A stretch of DNA of 64,000 nt from Emiliania huxleyi CCMP1516. Its lineage: Eukaryota. The notes beneath the pieces are model-generated. The model saw only the letters and a list, made by a program, of their open reading frames with translations, made no database searches and had not been told where the DNA came from. This document shows positions 45,375 to 56,700 of this stretch, piece after piece. The stretch spans positions 356,293-420,292 of the forward strand of contig NW_005202368.1 of assembly GCF_000372725.1 (NCBI RefSeq), written 5' to 3'. The position numbers and the translations under genes were made by a program. Each line of letters opens with the position of its first letter. Within the stretch, counting starts at the first letter, position 1.

Positions 45375-46784
45375 TCACTTTGGCGCGTAGGGCAAGTCGT
45401 GCGCGCCCGCGTCCTCGAGGAACTTTCCGAGCGTTGGGAGCGGCTCCCACTTCGGGTCGTACCTGTGGGGGGGTGTGGGGAGGTGTGGGGAGGTGTGGGG
45501 AGGTGTGGGGGAGGTGTGGGGAGGTGTGGGCGAGGTGTGGGGAGGTGTGGGGAGGTGTGGGGAGGTGTGGGGGAGGTGTGGGGAGGTGTGGGGAGGTGTG
45601 GGGAGGTGTGGGGAGGTGTGGGGAGGTGTGATGAAAANNNNNNNNNNNNNNNNNNNNNNNNNNNNNNNNNNNNNNNNNNNNNNNNNNNNNNNNNNNNNNN
45701 NNNNNNNNNNNNNNNNNNNNNNNNNNNNNNNNNNNNNNNNNNNNNNNNNNNNNNNNNNNNNNNNNNNNNNNNNNNNNNNNNNNNNNNNNNNNNNNNNNNN
45801 NNNNNNNNNNNNNNNNNNNNNNNNNNNNNNNNNNNNNNNNNNNNNNNNNNNNNNNNNNNNNNNNNNNNNNNNNNNNNNNNNNNNNNNNNNNNNNNNNNNN
45901 NNNNNNNNNNNNNNNNNNNNNNNNNNNNNNNNNNNNNNNNNNNNNNNNNNNNNNNNNNNNNNNNNNNNNNNNNNNNNNNNNNNNNNNNNNNNNNNNNNNN
46001 NNNNNNNNNNNNNNNNNNNNNNNNNNNNNNNNNNNNNNNNNNNNNNNNNNNNNNNNNNNNNNNNNNNNNNNNNNNNNNNNNNNNNNNNNNNNNNNNNNNN
46101 NNNNNNNNNNNNNNNNNNNNNNNNNNNNNNNNNNNNNNNNNNNNNNNNNNNNNNNNNNNNNNNNNNNNNNNNNNNNNNNNNNNNNNNNNNNNNNNNNNNN
46201 NNNNNNNNNNNNNNNNNNNNNNNNNNNNNNNNNNNNNNNNNNNNNNNNNNNNNNNNNNNNNNNNNNNNNNNNNNNNNNNNNNNNNNNNNNNNNNNNNNNN
46301 NNNNNNNNNNNNNNNNNNNNNNNNNNNNNNNNNNNNNNNNNNNNNNNNNNNNNNNNNNNNNNNNNNNNNNNNNNNNNNNNNNNNNNNNNNNNNNNNNNNN
46401 NNNNNNNNNNNNNNNNNNNNNNNNNNNNNNNNNNNNNNNNNNNNNNNNNNNNNNNNNNNNNNNNNNNNNNNNNNNNNNNNNNNNNNNNNNNNNNNNNNNN
46501 NNNNNNNNNNNNNNNCGCCTTCCCTCCACAGCGACCGCCGTGACCGGCATGACGAGTTTTTCGTGGTAGGCGCAGTCACCCTGCAGCCCGACGCCTGCGG
46601 GGCGGATCGCGCAGCGGGTTTGGGACGGCTCCGCTTTTGTGCGCGATGATCGCCGCGCACCCACGGCGTCGATCTGGCGGCCGATGCCGCGTACGGCGGT
46701 GCCGACCGCGTGCCAGAAGGACTGCGGCCCGGGTGGTCGCGCAGCCCACGCGAGGTTCTGGCGTGCGTACGCTGGAATGCTCAT
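45375..46784 (-). CDS. Gamma carbonic anhydrase-like protein (mitochondrial complex I-associated type); middle hidden by the N gap
   Basis: N-terminus AVGTAVRGIGRQIDAVG|VGLQGDCAYHEKL resembles plant/algal gamma-CA leaders; the hexapeptide core is not visible (gap 45638-46515). Confidence 0.55.
   Translation of the reverse strand: MSIPAYARQNLAWAARPPGPQSFWHAVGTAVRGIGRQIDAVGARRSSRTKAEPSQTRCAIRPAGVGLQGDCAYHEKLVMPVTAVAVEGRXXXXXXXXXXXXXXXXXXXXXXXXXXXXXXXXXXXXXXXXXXXXXXXXXXXXXXXXXXXXXXXXXXXXXXXXXXXXXXXXXXXXXXXXXXXXXXXXXXXXXXXXXXXXXXXXXXXXXXXXXXXXXXXXXXXXXXXXXXXXXXXXXXXXXXXXXXXXXXXXXXXXXXXXXXXXXXXXXXXXXXXXXXXXXXXXXXXXXXXXXXXXXXXXXXXXXXXXXXXXXXXXXXXXXXXXXXXXXXXXXXXXXXXXXXXXXXXXXXXXXXXXXXXXXXXXXXXXXXXXXXXXXXXXXXXXXXFITPPHTSPHLPTPPHTSPHLPHTSPHLPTPPHTSPTPPHTSPTPPHTSPHLPTPPHRYDPKWEPLPTLGKFLEDAGAHDLPYAPK
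45474..45630. repeat. (GGGGAGGTGT)n intronic tandem repeat
   Basis: Visible directly in the sequence. Confidence 0.95.
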
Positions 46785-47372
46785 GCCGGCGAGCGCTGCG
46801 CCGAGCTTGCGCGACCAAATTCTTTTCTTCCACAAAAAAGAATTCGCGCTTCTGGTGCAACAAAACTGCGGGCGTGCAAGGCGGCTAGGGATGAAGCAGC
46901 AAAGGAGGCGCGCGAGGCAAGAAGGAGAAACGGAGAACGGAGAGATTGGACACAGTGTGAGTGAGTGAGTATTCTTGATACGAATCCAACAAAACTCTCT
47001 CGAATCCACGACGACACACACCAGTCGACTCGCATCGGTCGCCTCCACAAACGGCGGAGCAGCTAGTCTCGCGTCCACACCGCCCCTGGCTCCAACGTGG
47101 ACACGCCCATGCTCGACGCGGTGCGACGGCGACGGCGCTGATGTTGCAAATTCTAAAAAGGTTCCACCAGGGTTTGCGCGTGGCGGCGGCGGCTGGCGCC
47201 TTGGTTTGGGCGGCTGTGACTGGCGCCTCGGCCTCCGTTTGGGCAGAGGCCTCAGCTGGTTGGTTGGCCTTGTGGGCGGCGGCCTCGGCTGTCGCCTCGG
47301 CTCCAAGGGCAGCACTGGCAAGTGCAACGCGCGCCTCATGTCGGAGAGCGACCGTGCCTCGTTCGCCGCTTA

Positions 47373-47580
47373 TGATGTAGAGTTTGTTGCAGAGATTTCA
47401 CGTTGTAGAGCGCCTCTACATCGCTCTACATCGGACTCACATCGTCCCGCGGCGGATGTAGAGCTCTACAGCTCTACAGCGCTCCAGAGCGCTCTACATC
47501 TCTACATCTCTACAGCGCTCTACACTCTTCATCCTCTACACCCTCCCTCAGGGGTTAGGGTTAGGGTTAGTTAGGGCTAG
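47373..47580. repeat. CTCTACA-motif cluster abutting a short interstitial (TTAGGG)n tract
   Basis: About ten CTCTACA/TGTAGAG motifs at 47373-47540, then ggggttagggttagggttagttaggg at 47551-47576. Confidence 0.75.
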
Positions 47581-48683
47581 TCTTGTTGTGTCTGTATATG
47601 CCAGCGTTGCACAGGGTTCTGCACAAGCTGTGATTTTCGTGCCAAACCAGCCGATCTTGGCCCGTCGTTCTCCGCTCGCGCCGGCCGCCCATGCGCTCGC
47701 GGGGCTGGCCGACGGCGCGGGCCTCTTGCCGATGGACCCAGCCGAGGTGCCCGACCAGTCGGAGTGGCGCTGACGCGCCGCGCGCGACCACCAGCCAGCT
47801 TTCCGGCCGGGCCGAGAACGGTGCCTCGAGAATGTAGACACTCTCCGGTCCATCCGGAATTTTGTCGTTCTAGTTAGCACTGCTGCTGCAGACAGGGCCC
47901 GCGCGACCCCTTGCCCTTCCCGGATCCAGCTCGCTGAGGCTTGGCGCCACCCCGATGACCGCCCACAGGTGGCTGATCGCGGCCGCCACTCACGTCGTCG
48001 GCGCCTGGCTCTCAGAGGGCCCCTGCGGCTCTCGCTCGTCGCGTGACCGCCGCCGCCGACAGCATCTGCTCGGTCGTGCCCGCCGGCGCGGAGCTGCGCG
48101 ACGTCGAATTGTTCGGCGGCTCGACCGCCGGCGCGCCCACTCTCGCCTCCTGCGCGCCTCACACATAGTATTCACCTCGCGCGCGGCCGACAAAGTGCGC
48201 GCACGACCACGGGCACCTCCCTCTCAGTCACCCCCCCGACGATGCACAGCCCGTTCGTTCTCGCCGAGAAGACGCTCGGAGCGCCCAACTTTGCCTCGTG
48301 CGGCCATCAAACAGGCGCGTTGCCTCCCATCTCCGCACTTCCCATCTACCCCCACACTGCCACTGCCGGGGACGCGCAGATGCGACTCCCGGGCCCGCTC
48401 ACCTCACCCGAGCCCGCCGACCAGGCACGGCCCGACGAGAACCCGCCGGGAAGGAGCTGGCCGAGCCATCGCCGGCGTCCCTGCCGGCCGGCTCATGAGC
48501 CCGCAAGAGATGCCGCACCCCTCTCGTACCTATACTCAACCAATGAGAAGGTGAAGAGATCTTGTCGGCCAGGCGGGCAGGGCAGGCGGCCGGCGGGGGC
48601 GGGGTCAGGGAAGACACAAAGGATATCCACCTCGAGAACCTCGAGAACAAATTAAAAAAAGAATTTCGCCGACCGGTTGCCAT

Positions 48684-51135
48684 ATGCCGACTTTCGGACT
48701 CTGCTTTCTCTCTGGCGCCGTTGCGGCCAGCCTGAGAACAACCGCCGGTGTTCGACACGCGCCACCAAGCGTGCACACGCTGAGTCGCCAGCAGGTCTGC
48801 AGCGGGGCCCTCGCGGCGCTGGCGTTGCTGCCGTCGCATGGCTTGGCTGCGGAAGAGCCTGGAAATGCGGCGTTGGTGACGGACCGTGTGGCGCTCGTCT
48901 TCACGGAGCAGCTCTCCGCCGAGGAGCGGCGCGAGTACGCGATGACTCTCGGCCTCTACGGCGGCAAGGCCCCACGCGCAGTGGAGCGCTTCAAGGCACT
49001 CGCCACAGGCACGTTGAGCGCGCCGTGCGAGGACCAGATGGAGGCGTCCGAGGCGGAGGCGCTGGCGCGCAGCGCGCTGACGAAGCGCTCCGTCTACCGG
49101 CAGTGCCTCGCCGCCGAGGCGGAGCCAGTCTCGTACGGTGGTTGCGCCAGCGCCGTGCTGTTGCGGCGAGTGAGCTCCGGTGCGGCCAGACTCGACTCTG
49201 ACCCTTGGCCCTGCAGGCGGCTCGCTCGTCTGGCGCATCACCGGCCGCCGTATCGACGCAGGGCAGGCGCGCGGGGCCGAGCCTGCCCGAGACTAGCCGA
49301 AGGCCACGCCGAGACCGCACTCATTCCTCTCGCGCCGCTCTCCACCTCACCTCCGCCCTCTGCCGCCCTCCGCACCGCCCTCCCATCGCCACCGCCCTCC
49401 ACACCACCGTCGCCGCCGCCGCCCCCCGCACCGCCCTCGCCGCCGCCGCCGCCCTCCGCGCCGCCCTCGCCGCCGCCCTCCGCACCGCCCGGCCCTCCGC
49501 TCCCCTCCACCGCCCCCACCGTCACCCATCTGATGCAGACGGCGCCAGGCCAGACCCCTCTGGCCGCCCTCTCGCACGCACCTGGGTTCGAGGAGTCAGG
49601 GGGGTAGGGTAGGGGGGCCCCATACACCCCCTACCCCCCCTACCCCTCCATACACCCCCCACGTGGTAGCTGACCCCGCTACCCCCTACCCCCCTACCCC
49701 TACCCCCCTACCCCTACCCCCCTACCCCAACCCCCACCCTGGACCCCCACCCTACCCCCCAATCGTCTCGAACCCAGGTGCGCGGCAGGTATGCGGGCAG
49801 GGTCCCGCCGCCCATCCCTCCCTCCGAGGGGGAGGGCCTCTCGCATGACGCCGCCGGACTCGTCTCTGTGCGACGGAGCGGCGCGAGGCTAGCCGAGATG
49901 CGCAGAGATGCGCAGAGATGCGCAGAGATGCGCGGAGATGCTCCGAGATGTGCAGAGATGCGCCGAGATGCGCCGAGATGCGCCGAGATGCGCCGAGATG
50001 CGCCGAGATGCGCCGAGATGCGCCGAGATGCGCAGAGATGCGCCGAGATGCGCAGAGATGCGCCGAGATGCGCCGAGATGCGCCGAGATGCGCCGAGATG
50101 CGCGGAGATAAGCGGAGATGTGCCGAGATGCGCCGAGATGTGCCGAGATGCGCCGAGATGCGCGGAGATAAGCGGAGATGTGCCGAGATGCGCCGAGATG
50201 TGCCGAGATGCGCCGAGATGCGCCGAGATGCGCGGAGATGCGCGGAGATGCGCGGAGACGCGTCGAGGTTGGGCCTTGTCGCTGTCTGCTGCCCCGCCGC
50301 CCCTCGCCCAGCCTCTCCGTTCCCTCGCTTGCAACCCGCCCACGGCCGCTGCTGCCCCGCCCCTCTCCACGCCTTCTGCCGCGGACATCCACGCCTTCTG
50401 CCGCGGACAGGCTCGTGCCCTCGGAAACAAAGGGTAGCATGCTGACACGGCTTTGGAGAAGAAAAATAGGCTCCTTTGACTTTGGACTGACGACCGCGGC
50501 GGACGCGACCGCCGATGACGAGTGCGACACTTCCTAGACACTTCCTAGACACCTCCTAGACACTTCCTAGACACTTCCTAGACACTTCCTAGACACTTCC
50601 TAGACACCTCCTAGACACCTCCTAGACACCTCCTAGACACTTCCTAGACACTTCCTAGACACTTCCTAGACACTTCCTAGACACTTCCTAGACACTTCCT
50701 AGACACTTCCTAGACACTTCCTAGACACTTCCTAGACACTTCCTAGACACCTCCTAGACACCTCCTAGACACCTCCTAGACACCTCCTAGACACTTCCTA
50801 GACACTTCCTAGACACTTCCTAGACACTTCCTAGGAAGCGCCGATGCCGAGTGCGACGCCACGGCGAGACGAGACTAGTCGTCCAGGGCACGTCCACGAC
50901 GCGGCCTTGCCCCCCCCCCCCCCTGCCCTGTAGGTATGTCGTCATCGGCAGGGTCGTCGAGGGGGGAGACGCGCTGGCGGCGATCGCGGCGCTGCCGGTG
51001 GTGGCGGTGCCGGGGCAGGGCGAGGGGATGGCGGCGTCGCGGGAGAGGGCGTGCGCCTACGGCGGCGCCGACGCGTTCTGCGCGCAGGGCAAGCCGCTGC
51101 GCAAGCTGCAGCTCGCCCGCGCAAAGCTCCTGTGA
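48684..51135 (+). CDS. Cyclophilin-type peptidyl-prolyl isomerase-like protein, probably plastid-targeted, multi-exon
   Basis: Bipartite-looking leader; VTDRVAL..LGLYGGKAPRAVERFKALATG; last exon YVVIGRVVEG..LAAIAALPVV..KPLRKLQL. Internal exon boundaries not resolved. Confidence 0.7.
49892..50259. repeat. (GCCGAGATGC)n 10 bp intronic tandem repeat
   Basis: Visible directly in the sequence. Confidence 0.97.
50527..50834. repeat. (ACACTTCCTAG)n 11 bp intronic tandem repeat
   Basis: Visible directly; T/C variant units occur in blocks. Confidence 0.97.
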
Positions 51136-51442
51136 CAGCAGACACCAGAGCGTCCGGCCCACGCTCGTCCGTGCCGGTCCTGCTAGAGCCGTAAAGCCGT
51201 GTAGCTGGGTGTTGACTGTGTCACACACAAACATGAGGGGGTTGCTGATGACCCCGTACAATAGTCAATATATGTCTCATCACTCCACCCCATGTGCATG
51301 CACATCGTGCTTTAGACTCGTGTATGCAGCTAATGCTTGCCGCTTCCCAATCCCATGTGTGCGTGAACCTACCCTGTAATTATACATTATACGTTATACG
51401 GCGGACACGTTGGACGTTGCGGTGGATACACTGACTGTACTA

Positions 51443-52584
51443 GAGGGTGTGGAGGGTGGGTTGAACGAAATCCGGGGACGCGACCCACTTCGCCACAGAC
51501 GGTCCCGCGCCTCGCCGCCAAGACGGCTACACGACCGCGGCTCGTGTGCGTGTAGCCGTCTTTGTCCGGAGTGAATACTCCAACGCGCTCGTCGGTGACG
51601 GTGTCCCCGGATTTCGCCGCACTCGGCGAACCTCGACAGCGCCGCTTCGGTGGCATGCATCAAGCTGCTGTACGGCCCCAGAATCGCCTTCCCAGGCTTA
51701 GCTAGACTGAGAGATATTGTGGACATGGTTGGTCTCTACAATATATACATTGACACTGAACCTCCCAGAGCTCGTCCCGGTCCGTCACGGCCATCCTCAC
51801 CTTGTGATTTTTGGGTCAAAATCGTCCCGATTTCATAATGTTCGTTCGTACGTGCATCCGCGGCGCCCAGCGCGGTGCCAGCGGCTCCCATACCTCTAAG
51901 AGGCCACCCACCTCCGTATAGACCGCCTTATATCCGCGGTTTACGCCCAATAGAGGCAGCTGCAAGAGGGCCCGGACGGGCACTGCGGCACACACTGCTC
52001 ACTGCTCGGCCATGCGGTAGCGTCTGGTGATGCCGCCCCTGCGCGGGCGGGGGCGTCTCGCTCGGCAGCAACTGCGCCGCGCAGCGCAGGTTCGAGGGTC
52101 GCGGTGGGTGGGTACACTGGAAGACGTAGCGGTCGAGAAAGCGCTCAGCGACCGCTACGTCTCGAGGATGGAGCCGTCGCGCGGACCCGACCGGCCGACC
52201 GGCAGTAGCAGCAGGCGCCGGAGGGCGCGGGAGGCAGCGGCGACACCTCGGGCCAGAAGCGCGAGCCCTAGGCTGGTGAGGGGGCCCGCTCATGCGTAAA
52301 CGGCTCTGGGACTTAGCTAAATCGCGCATCGAAATCGCGACGATTTTGCCAGGGCACCGTCACAAGGTGCGGCCTCCGGAGGGCCCCCAGCCGCGCCCGC
52401 GGCGCGGTGCGGCGGAGTCACAAATCCGACGGCAGAGCACCGGGACGCGGTCGGGCGATCTAAGGCCCAGTGAGGCGTATGCATTGCCCATCCAGGACTA
52501 TCACCTGGACCTATCAACAGGGGCTGGAGCCGAGCAGGAGGGCCCAGCGCACAACCCCTTGTTCAACTCACCCTCCACACCCCG
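51443..52584. mobile_element. Probable non-autonomous Tc1/mariner-like element (24 bp imperfect TIRs, TA on both sides)
   Basis: GAGGGTGTGGAGGGTGGGTTGAAC (51443-51466) versus the reverse complement of 52561-52584, CGGGGTGTGGAGGGTGAGTTGAAC (21/24 match); TA at 51441-51442 and 52585-52586; no transposase recognised. Confidence 0.55.
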
Positions 52585-52676
52585 TACTCGGTCGGAGAAC
52601 TGAAACGTACACCGCCCTCGGTAACAGAGTCCGGAGCCGGCCCCACGCAGCCACTAAAGCCGTACTGACGTACGCA

Positions 52677-53270
52677 CTAGAACGGGTTGCCAAACGGGTT
52701 GGCGTCCTCCGCGGAGGACCAGCTAGTTGGCGGCGGCTGCGACGCTCCCTGCGCCACCGGTGCGCCGACTTGTTGCCCTCGCACCTGATCCAGTTCCGGT
52801 GGCGCCGGCGGCTCGACGGCCGCGTCAGTGCGGAACTCGTTGGCGGCTGGGAGCGTGCCCGCCGTAGATCCCAACGTGCCCCCGGCGGAGCCCCAAGTGC
52901 CCATCGCCTTGCGCCGCACGTCCATCCGAGCGCGGAGGGCCTGCATCAGATACTAGTCATCAGGTCGGGTGACCTCGGGTGACCTCGGGTGACCTCGCGT
53001 GATCTCGGGTGGACCTCTCGTGATCTCGGGTGGATCTCGCGTGATCTCGGGCCATCTCGGGCCATTCTCCAAATTCACACATCGCCTGCATCAGATCGCC
53101 GCCGCCGCCGCCCGGCGCGGCCTCGCTGCCGCGCGGCGCCTTGCTGTCGGCGGCGGCGGGCTGGCCCACCTTCTTCAGGGGCTTGCCCTGTTGGATCGCC
53201 ATCAGCAGCGCGTTGCGCGAGTCGCCGCCACCTGGCCGCGGCGCCCCAATCGGCGGCGGCGGCGGCGCAA

Positions 53271-53304
<34 letters not shown>

Positions 53305-53654
53305 AGGCGGAGGAGGAGGAGGAGGAAGAGCGGCACCGGGCGGCACCGCCGGCGGCTGGACGGGCGGGTAGAGCTCGCTCGCAAGGGCGTGCTCTCTGCG
53401 GTCCAGCTCCTCGAGGAGCTCGCCGTCGCAGGAGTGCGGCTGCGCCTTGCAAGGCCCAGTGCGCGTGTGTGACCGTGTGTGTGCGTGCCTGTGTGTGTGT
53501 GCGCGGGTCCGCGTCCGTCTGCGTTTCTGTGNNNNNNNNNNNNNNNNNNNNNNNNNNNNNNNNNNNNNNNNNNNNNNNNNNNNNNNNNNNNNNNNNNNNN
53601 NNNNNNNNNNNNNNNNNNNNNNNNNNNNNNNGGAGGTTGTCTTACACATAATCT

Positions 53655-53718
<64 letters not shown>

Positions 53719-56700
53719 TGTGAGTGTGAGTGAGTGCGGCTGCGCCTCGCCGCCGGCCTCGCCGCTCGCCCACGGCGGCTGGCCGCTCTCGACGACTTCG
53801 CCGTGGACAACCGGGAGGGGGGCAGGGGCGGAGAGGGGTGCGGAGAGGGGTGCGGGTAAGGGTGGTGCAGACGCCGCCCCCGCCACCCACCACTCTCCTC
53901 CGCCCTGCACCTCCTGCGCCACCTCCTTGCCTCCTTCCGCCTCCCACCACTCGCGCTGCTGCGACGCCGCCTGCTCTGGCGCCGCTTGCACCGCTCCTTC
54001 CGCCTCCCACCACTCGCGCTGCTGCGACGCCGCCTGCTCTGGCGCCGCTTGCACCGCTCCTTCCGCCTCCCACCACTCGCGCTGCTCCGGCGCCGCCTGC
54101 ACCTCCTCGCCTCCTCCCCCCGCCCAGCCCGCCGGCGCCGTCTCCCACGTCGGACTGCGCAGCGCACCGCCGCCGCCGCCACCGCCGCCAGCCTCGGTCG
54201 GCGAAGCGAGTGGCGGTTCGAGCGCGTGCGGCGGGGGTGCGGCGTCGCTGCCGGCGCACAAAAAGGGGTTGTTCGCCGCCGCTGCGTCGCGCCTCGCCGG
54301 CTCCTCCTCCTCCTCCTCCTCCTCCTCCTCCGCCCGCCTCCTCGCCCGCTCCTCCTCCACCTGTCGGAAGGTTCCGAGAGGGTTCAGAACAGGGAGACAG
54401 GCGCCGCACGGCGGTTCGAGCGGGAAGCGCAGTGCGCGCGAGGGAGAGGGGGCGTGCGCGGCGGAAGAAGGAGGAGCAAGAGTAGCAGCAATAGTGTGCG
54501 GTAGTAGCTCCTCCTCCACCTGTTCGTGGAGCCGCTGGCGCAGCTCCTCGGTGTGGTCGCGACGGGCCTAAATTAAATAGAATGGAGTGAAATCGAATGA
54601 AATTAAATCGCTCCTCGGTGTGGTCGCGACGGGCCGGCGCAGCCACGGCCGCCCCCTCCCCCTCCCCCTCCCCCTCCTCCGCCCCCGCCCCCGCCCCCCC
54701 CGCCCTCGTCGCGCACAGCGCGGCGTACGCGACCACACACTCGCGCAGAGGCGCGCAGACGAGCCGACGTACCTACGGAAACAAGAAGTCGCCGCTGCGA
54801 GAAACTCAGCGCGGGGGTCGCAGGCGAGCCGACGCACCGAACGCCCGCCCTCGCCCCCCATGCCCGCCGCGAACGCCTCCAGGTCGGCCGCGATCGCCTC
54901 GTTGGCCGCCGCCTAGTCTCGGTCAATCTCGGGAGATCTCGGGTCCTCTCGCGCGATCTCGTGCGATCTCGGGTCCCTCTCGCGCGATCTCGTGCGATCT
55001 CGGGCCCCTCTCGCGCGCCGCCGCCTTGTCTGCCACCTCGCCCGACAGCCGGGCGAGCTCGCCTCGCTTCTTCTCCAGCGCGGCGCGTGCCTTCTCCGCC
55101 GCGCCGCCGCTCTTGCCCGCCGCGCCCGCGCCCTCCGCCGCCGCGCTCAGCTTGCCGACCTCCGCCTGCGCCGCGTCGCGCTTGGCGGCGAGCCCCCGCC
55201 GCGCCTAGAGAAAAAGAAATCGCTGGGCCGAAAAGAGACACAAGGGGGAAAGCTCGGCGAGCCCCCTCCGCGCCTTCTCGCGCTTCTCGTACTCGTCTGC
55301 ACTAGCCACCCACTCCTTGAGCAGCAGCCTATTCGGCGAACAGAAACCTGGGAGCCAAAAAAGAAATAATGCCCACCCGCTCCTTGAGCAGCAGCCTAGA
55401 GGGCGAACAGAAACCTGGCAGCCAAAAGAAATACATGCCCACCCGCTCCTTGAGCAGCGACCGGAACTCGCCACACGCCGCCGAGAGCGCGACGCACGCA
55501 GAATGGCACTGGCCGCACCCGCGCGCCGCCTCCGCCTGCGCCTCCTCCGCCAGCGGCACCGCGCGAAGCCTGCGCGCCGCCTCCTCCGACTCGCACCGCG
55601 CGGCGAGCAGCTCGAGCGCGGCTTCCTAGGGTGAGGGGTGAGGGGTGAGGGGTGAGGGGTGAGGGGTGAGGTGCGAGGGGCGAGGGGCGAGGGGTGAGGG
55701 GTGAGGGGTGAGGGGTGAGGGGCGAGGGGTGAGGGGTGAGGGGCGAGGTCACCTCCCCTGGCGGCGAAAGCAGCGCCTCGAGGCCCGACTTAGCAAACTC
55801 GTCCAGCAGCGCCGCCGCCGCCTTGCCGCGCCGCTTGGCCAGCGTCCACTGCACCACGTACGACGCGAACCGCGCGCCTATAGAGGGAGAGACGAACTGT
55901 CGAGCCGAAACACAGGGCACGCACGGACGACGCGAACCGCGCTCGCCTGGAGGAAACAATCGCAATACGCAACAGAAGCGACGCGCGCGCGCACGACGCG
56001 AGAGCCCGCGCGCCCGTCTCCTTGGGCGCCTTGCGCTTTGCTGTCGGGCAGTAGCCGCTCGGCAGCTGGGCCCCGCGCAAGACGCGCGCAGCGCCGAGCG
56101 CGAAGCAGACTGCGGGTGGTGAGGTAAGGTAAGGTAAGTGGTGGGGCCTGCGGGTGGGATCAGGTGTGGGTTCAGCGGTGGCTACGCCGACATCGGGGCG
56201 GGAAGACGGGAGTCTGGAGAGTCTTCAGAGCGGTGCGGGAGTGTCCGAGCAACAGGGGACGACAGCGGTCGACATCGGAGCGACCGGTCGAGTGCGTCTG
56301 AAGTCGTGCCCTCTCGAGGCCTCGAGGTTTGGAGTAGTTTGGATTCAAGGGTGCAGCACTGCGTCTCGGTGACCCATTGTGGCAACTCTGCGTTGTGCAT
56401 TGGTGTACTCCACGTTGGAGCCATTACGTGTGGGAGCGCATGCTTCGTCTTCTAGGCAAACGGAGCCGTACGCATCGCGCAGACCCTCCGCCGCCGAGGC
56501 CACCGGCCCGTCCTCCGCGCGCTGACGAGCCTCCGCAGCGGCGCGCAAGGCGGCGGGCTGTGCGTCGGAGGCAAGCCGAGCCTACTCGCTGAATACGCCG
56601 ACTTGAGGGCGTGAAGACGGGAGTGTGCAGCGTGTACAGAGCAACGCAAGGAAGACAACGGAGAGGAGGGCGGTGAGGACAGCGGAATGCAGCGGGATGC

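Noticed and set aside
49714..50552. Repetitive ORFs (ISAHLGASRR / RCAEMRRDAP)
   Set aside because: Translations of a 10 bp intronic satellite.
56120..56450. (GTAAG)n tract with adjacent lower-GC sequence, also at 60247-60269, as a possible retroelement tail
   Set aside because: No TSD or coding motif found; insufficient evidence to call an element.
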